This document shows positions 59,381 to 64,000 of a stretch of DNA of 64,000 nt, in pieces. The position numbers and the translations under genes were made by a program. The stretch comes from Bradymonadia bacterium (GTDB lineage: Bacteria; Myxococcota_A; Bradymonadia; UBA7976; UBA1532): the NCBI GenBank assembly GCA_046290225.1, contig JBKAGE010000070.1, forward strand, positions 250,631 through 314,630, in the 5' to 3' direction. The notes under the pieces are model-generated. The model did not search any database and was not told where the DNA came from. It worked only from the letters and a program-made list of their open reading frames with translations. Every line of letters begins with the position of its first letter. Positions within the stretch are counted from its first letter, which is position 1.

Positions 59381-62300
59381 ATGGGCAAGATGCACGATCA
59401 GAAGATTCAGAAGAACCGCAAGTTCATCAAGGGTTTGGGCGTTGTGGCTGCACTGTCGGTCACAGCTCTGGTCAACGGCACGGACAACGTGCCCCTTGAG
59501 AAAAACTCTTCAACCCCTCAGCAGAATGCACCTCAGGTGGCCCGGCACGTCGTCGCCGCGCCCACTCTGCATCAGGGTTCGGCCGTCGTGGGCAACCACA
59601 CCAACGTGCCTGTTTCTTATGCGTCGCATTTGCAGGTCGATGCTGCAGCCCCTCATATCGCCATTACGGCACGGGGTGAAGTGGCCTTGAGCGAAATCAT
59701 CATTCGGACTGAAAAAAAGTTCGATGAAGATGCTGCGGCCCGCATCGCCGAGCGCTTTGGTGCCCAAGTGGTGGCCTCGCCCATGGCCCACTTCGCCCAT
59801 GTCAAGCTCCCCGAAGGTCAGGATCTCGCCGAGGCCATGACCTTCATCAACGCCCTCGACGGCGTGAGCCCCTCGTACAACGCCATCATGCGGGCCACTG
59901 GCCTCGGCTCCAGCTCCCGCGATGCCCAGATCCAAGCCCAGCTGGACTACGCCCCCATCGACCCCATCGCCGCCGCCGCGCTTGCCCCGCTGCAGTGGCA
60001 GATGGACGACAGCGCCTTCGGTCCTGGCAGCTGGCGCAGCACCCTCGCCCGCAGCTCCAGCGACGGCGTCACCGTGGCCATCCTCGACAGTGGGGTCAGC
60101 ATCGCCCCCTCCATCGAGTGCGCCGAGACGGTGGCCCCCTACGACTTCGTCAACGACGATGCTGATCCTTCTGATGATCACGGCCACGGCACCCACATCG
60201 CCACCCTCGTGGCCGCCAACCCCGAGTGTGGTGCGGTGTTCCAGGGCTACGCGCCCAACGTGACCCTCATGCCCGTGAAGGTGCTCGACAAGCAGCTCGC
60301 CGGCACCGAGTACGCCCTCGCCTCCGGCATCCTGCACGCTGTGGAGCACGGGGCCGACGTCATCAACATGAGCCTGTCGTTCAGCAAGGGCTACCAGCCT
60401 GGGGCCATGCTCCAGGCCGCCATTCAGAAGGCCGCCGATGCTGGCGTGGTCATGATCGGCTCCACCGGCAACGCCGGCATCGAGTTCGTGGGCTGGCCCG
60501 CCGCCTCCCCCCGGGTCATCGCCGTGGGCGCCTACGACGCTCAGGGCATGTCCGGTGAGGCTTCAGCCCGCACCGACTACTCCAACTTCGGCGCCGCCGT
60601 CGACGTGCTCGCCCCTGGTGGCACCCTCAAGGATCGCAACGAAGACGGCCTGCCCGACGCCATGCTCGGCGAGGCCCCCGTTCTCGGCTCTGACGGCGAG
60701 TTCCAGTTCTACCTCTCCGCCGGCACCTCACAGGCCGCCGCTGCGGTGACAGGTCTCGCCGCGCACCTCGTGGCTCAGGGTCACGATCCCGCGGTGGTGC
60801 CCTCTATCATCTCCGCCAGCGCCGAGCGCCCCGAGGGTCACGATCACGAGGCGGGCTCCGGCCTGCTGAGCCCCGGTCACGCCCTGGCCTTCGCTGATCG
60901 CGCCGACTTCCCCGGCAACGAGGCCCTCGAGGCCCGGTTCCAGGTGAACACCGTCATGGCCCTCACCGAGGGCGCCGAGGGTCCCGAGGCCACCGTGAAG
61001 GTGGCGGTGCGCATGAGTCACCCCGAGAAGGGCTCCATCACCCTCGCCGACGCCGGCATCGACTCCGCCGTGAAGGTGAGCGGTCACTGGTCCGGCGCCG
61101 TCTCCGGCACCGACAGCTGCGAGGTGCAGCCCGGTGAGTCCAGCTGCGAGTTCACCCTCGGCCTCGGCAAGACCGTCGCAGGCACCCTCGTGGGCTTCGA
61201 GGTCGACACCGTCACCGCCATGGGCGACGGCTCCGGCATCCTCGACGACTGGGGCCGCCCCGCCGAGAGCTTCTACGGGCTCAAGGGCGAGTGGGCCGAC
61301 ACCCTCGTGAACCACGACACGCACCACGTCTTCTTCGAGATGAACCAGGAGAACGCCGGAGAGACCTTCGGCGACGCCACCATCATCTCCAGCATGCTCT
61401 ACCGCCCCTTGGGTGCTTCCGGTGTGATGCCTCCTTCGGCCTGGTTGCTCGACGGCGGCTTCTTCAACGCGCTGCACGTGGGCGAGGGTGAAGCCACTGG
61501 CGACGGCCTCGGCTCCAGCAGCCACATCATGGGTCTCGGCTCCAGCAGCCTGGTGTTCCAGTTCAACTCCACCCTGCTCAGCCCCCAGCTCGCAGTGATC
61601 GAGGGCAACGGCCTCGGCTCAAGCAGCCTCGACTTCGAGTCCGTCATGGGCCTCGGCTCCAGCAGCCTGATCTTCACCGGCGCCAACACCATGGGGCACC
61701 TGCTCGCTTACGGGAACGGTCTCGGCTCCAGCAGCCTCGACTTCGAGTCCGTCATGGGCCTCGGCTCCAGCAGCAATGTCTTCAACCAGTACCTCGGCCT
61801 CTACACTGTGCAGGTGGCCTACGGGAACGGTCTCGGCTCCAGCAGCTACATCGGCGAGGACAACTTCCTCACCGGTGCGCACTCCAACGTGCTCGATCAG
61901 ATGGGTGGGCTCTCCAAGTTCTACGGCTCGGTGACCGCCATCGCCCAGGGCAACGGCCTCGGCTCCAGCAGCCTCGATCATGAAGAGGTCATGGGCCTCG
62001 GCTCCAGCAGCCTCTCCGCGATCATTTACAACCTCTACGCCGGCTTCAACAGCTTCAACGCTCAGGGCAACGGCCTCGGCTCCAGCAGCCACGACGCCGA
62101 CAACTTCATGGGTCTCGGCCCCAGCACGCACTTCGAGCGCCTGTTCCGTCGCGTGTTCGCCCCCCAGCAGGCCACCGGGAACGGCCTCGGCTCCAGCAGC
62201 CGCGACTTCGAGGCGGTCATGGGCCTCGGCTCCAGCAGCAACATCTTCAAGCTGATGATGCTCACCCTCTCGGTTCAGGCTGAGGGCAACGGCCTCGGCT

Positions 62301-63001
62301 CCAGCAGCATCAACTGGTCCCTGGTGAGCCCCGAGAGCGGCCCCGACATGACCCCGGGCCTGATCTTCATGGGCCTCGGCTCCAGCAGCAACGTCATGCA
62401 GGGCAACGGCCTCGGCTCCAGCAGCATCAACTGGTCCTTCTTTGCCGGCCTCGACAGCGGCAGCAACTTCGCTGACCTCTCCGCGGCCATGGGCCTCGGC
62501 TCCAGCAGCAACGTCATGCAGGGCAATGGCCTCGGCTCCAGCAGCCTCGACTTCTCGATGTACATGGGCCTCGGCTCCAGCAGCCACATCCTCAACTTCG
62601 CTGAGGTCATGGGCCTGGGCTCCAGCAGCAACAACATGCAGGGCAACGGCCTCGGCTCCAGCAGCATCGACTGGACCATCTTCGCCGGCCTCGGCAGCAG
62701 CAGCAACGTGGTGGATCTGTCTTCGGTGATGGGCCTGGGCTCCAGCAGCCACGACATGCAGGGCAACGGCCTCGGCTCCAGCAGCCTCGATTTCTCGGCC
62801 GTGATGGGTCTCGGCTCCAGCAGCCTCGACTTCTCCGCTGTGATGGGCCTGGGCTCCAGCAGCTACGGCATGCAGGGCAACGGTCTTGGCTCCAGCAGCC
62901 TCGATCACGAAGAGGTCATGGGCCTCGGCTCCAGCAGCCAGCCCATCGGCCACATCACCCGCTCCCTGTTCCCCGTGAACGTGCAGCAGTTCGGGCTCTG
63001 A
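59381..63001 (+). CDS. Secreted S8 (subtilisin-like) serine protease with prodomain, Ig-like domain and GLGSSS-repeat tail
   Basis: GAGGAG RBS before ATG 59381; N-terminal hydrophobic helix; catalytic VAILDSG (D), HGHGTHIA (H), STGN (oxyanion N), AGTSQAA (S). Confidence 0.92.
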   Translation: MGKMHDQKIQKNRKFIKGLGVVAALSVTALVNGTDNVPLEKNSSTPQQNAPQVARHVVAAPTLHQGSAVVGNHTNVPVSYASHLQVDAAAPHIAITARGEVALSEIIIRTEKKFDEDAAARIAERFGAQVVASPMAHFAHVKLPEGQDLAEAMTFINALDGVSPSYNAIMRATGLGSSSRDAQIQAQLDYAPIDPIAAAALAPLQWQMDDSAFGPGSWRSTLARSSSDGVTVAILDSGVSIAPSIECAETVAPYDFVNDDADPSDDHGHGTHIATLVAANPECGAVFQGYAPNVTLMPVKVLDKQLAGTEYALASGILHAVEHGADVINMSLSFSKGYQPGAMLQAAIQKAADAGVVMIGSTGNAGIEFVGWPAASPRVIAVGAYDAQGMSGEASARTDYSNFGAAVDVLAPGGTLKDRNEDGLPDAMLGEAPVLGSDGEFQFYLSAGTSQAAAAVTGLAAHLVAQGHDPAVVPSIISASAERPEGHDHEAGSGLLSPGHALAFADRADFPGNEALEARFQVNTVMALTEGAEGPEATVKVAVRMSHPEKGSITLADAGIDSAVKVSGHWSGAVSGTDSCEVQPGESSCEFTLGLGKTVAGTLVGFEVDTVTAMGDGSGILDDWGRPAESFYGLKGEWADTLVNHDTHHVFFEMNQENAGETFGDATIISSMLYRPLGASGVMPPSAWLLDGGFFNALHVGEGEATGDGLGSSSHIMGLGSSSLVFQFNSTLLSPQLAVIEGNGLGSSSLDFESVMGLGSSSLIFTGANTMGHLLAYGNGLGSSSLDFESVMGLGSSSNVFNQYLGLYTVQVAYGNGLGSSSYIGEDNFLTGAHSNVLDQMGGLSKFYGSVTAIAQGNGLGSSSLDHEEVMGLGSSSLSAIIYNLYAGFNSFNAQGNGLGSSSHDADNFMGLGPSTHFERLFRRVFAPQQATGNGLGSSSRDFEAVMGLGSSSNIFKLMMLTLSVQAEGNGLGSSSINWSLVSPESGPDMTPGLIFMGLGSSSNVMQGNGLGSSSINWSFFAGLDSGSNFADLSAAMGLGSSSNVMQGNGLGSSSLDFSMYMGLGSSSHILNFAEVMGLGSSSNNMQGNGLGSSSIDWTIFAGLGSSSNVVDLSSVMGLGSSSHDMQGNGLGSSSLDFSAVMGLGSSSLDFSAVMGLGSSSYGMQGNGLGSSSLDHEEVMGLGSSSQPIGHITRSLFPVNVQQFGL
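61505..62938 (+). repeat. In-frame array of 27 GGCCTCGGCTCCAGCAGC-type (GLGSSS) repeats with variable spacers
   Basis: 27 exact GLGSSS plus two variants (GLGPST, GLDSGS) counted in the translation; all spacers are multiples of 3 nt. Confidence 0.95.
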
Positions 63002-63049
63002 GACCACCTCGATCCCTGAGCGCTCTCCCGCCGCATCCAGCCTCCCACT

Positions 63050-64000
63050 TCAGTACCGCGTCATCCCTTGAAAGTGGATCGCCTCGGAGACCAGCGACGA
63101 GGCATGTGACGGATCGTAGGGCCGCCAGCACGCCGCGGCGATCTGCAGACCTCGTGCGCCCTCTGCCAGCATGCCTTCGGCGATCAATTGCCGGCTGGAT
63201 CGCTCCAGCAGTCGACGCGCACATGGATGTGGATACACACCACATGCACTGAACACCCGCCACGCACGCTCCATGCACATCGACGCCCCAGCGAGATCGC
63301 CCATGCGCATGCTTGCCCCCGAGAGGAGCACCCACGCCACGGGGCGCCACCGGTAGGCCAGCCCGTCGAGGTGATGCTCCGTGAGCCGGCGAAGCAATGC
63401 GTGACAGCGCTCGACCTCTTCGGCATCACAGCGAATCATCGCCAAGTGCAGGAGCCCCGCTGACAGATGTTGGGTGCTGGTCTCCGACCATAGACCCACA
63501 GCGCCTTCGAGGCATGTGGCCGCCTCGTTGAGATCACCCTCCAGCCAGGCGATGTTGCCTTGGAGCAGTCGGGTCGACGCCACGCCGTTGATGGCGCCGA
63601 TCGCCTTGAAAGCATCCATGGCTTTGCGAGCGCCCTCTTCGCCCTCTGGAGACTCGCCCCAGATCCAGGCGGCGGCCTCACCATGCAGGCACCAGGCCCA
63701 CTCCACCGCCAGCTCGGGGATCCCTTCCACCATCTTGCGACCGGCAGTGAAGCGACCACGGGCCACCTCGTGCAGCCCTTGGGCCATGAGCGTCCAGCCT
63801 TCACCGCGCAGCGCCCGGGTGGCCCCAGCGAGATCTCCAATCCGCTCGTAGACTCGAGCGGCTTCGAGATAGGCCCGGTGTGCCGCCTCGATCTCCCCTT
63901 CGCTCAGCGCGCTCATGGCTTCCAGGCGGAACAGCGCAGCCCAGCCCTCGGGGTAGTCGTAGACTTCTACTACGCGGCGCAACCGCTGGCGGGCGTAGTG
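63050..64000 (-). CDS. C-terminal TPR-repeat region of a larger protein (5' end outside the window)
   Basis: Frame open to the window edge; A...Y..A...Y..IGD..G TPR-like repeats typical of kinase/STAND C-termini. Confidence 0.7.
   Translation of the reverse strand, partial: HYARQRLRRVVEVYDYPEGWAALFRLEAMSALSEGEIEAAHRAYLEAARVYERIGDLAGATRALRGEGWTLMAQGLHEVARGRFTAGRKMVEGIPELAVEWAWCLHGEAAAWIWGESPEGEEGARKAMDAFKAIGAINGVASTRLLQGNIAWLEGDLNEAATCLEGAVGLWSETSTQHLSAGLLHLAMIRCDAEEVERCHALLRRLTEHHLDGLAYRWRPVAWVLLSGASMRMGDLAGASMCMERAWRVFSACGVYPHPCARRLLERSSRQLIAEGMLAEGARGLQIAAACWRPYDPSHASSLVSEAIHFQGMTRY

Noticed and set aside
61840..62125. Carrier-protein-like phrases in the tail (IGEDNFLTGAHS, DADNFMGLG)
   Set aside because: Only superficially like the DNFFxLGGHS phosphopantetheine motif; no surrounding four-helix carrier domain and no NRPS/PKS genes.
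61505..62938. CRISPR array (near-identical repeats with variable spacers)
   Set aside because: The repeat is only 18 bp, spacers vary from 9 to over 100 bp and are always multiples of 3, variation is synonymous, the array lies in-frame in a protease, and no cas genes are present.
61619..63007. Minus-strand ORFs with AAGAEA and LLEPRP repeats
   Set aside because: Antisense frames of the GLGSSS array; the plus-strand frame carries the protease motifs and expected codon bias.

Overview
GC-rich, gene-dense bacterial chromosome segment. Many lipoproteins with Gly/Glu-rich linkers, Ser/Thr kinases and an FHA-sigma54 activator suggest Myxococcota or a relative (inference). Left to right: (1) a probable Zur-controlled zinc uptake island (1-7978) with a ZIP/His-rich/DUF318 permease fusion missing from the ORF track, an outer-membrane channel, znuA/C/B and two uncharacterised metal-binding lipoproteins; (2) secreted lipoproteins, pepP, a pgsB-pgsC-pgsW poly-gamma-glutamate operon, rpmB, upp and a pseudokinase; (3) a CoA-transferase/thiolase/FadJ cluster; (4) an FHA-sigma54 activator divergent from a kinase-STAND-TPR gene followed by a cholesterol-oxidase-like GMC enzyme and a Cys-nucleophile hydrolase; (5) a PheC-FmdE fusion, an amidohydrolase, and TetR plus desaturase separated by a 340-bp inverted-repeat element; (6) a loose defence-like stretch with a short phage-like SbcCD pair, a TerY-P triad and a nuclease-less type ISP-like methyltransferase; (7) the most striking gene, a secreted S8 protease (59381-63001). 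Its C-terminal ~480 aa hold 27 exact GLGSSS motifs separated by variable short peptides, and the same motif also sits at its prodomain/catalytic junction, suggesting a self-processing protease fused to a multi-cassette peptide precursor. No rRNA, tRNA, CRISPR array or transposase was seen. All calls come from reading motifs by eye; no database search was run.
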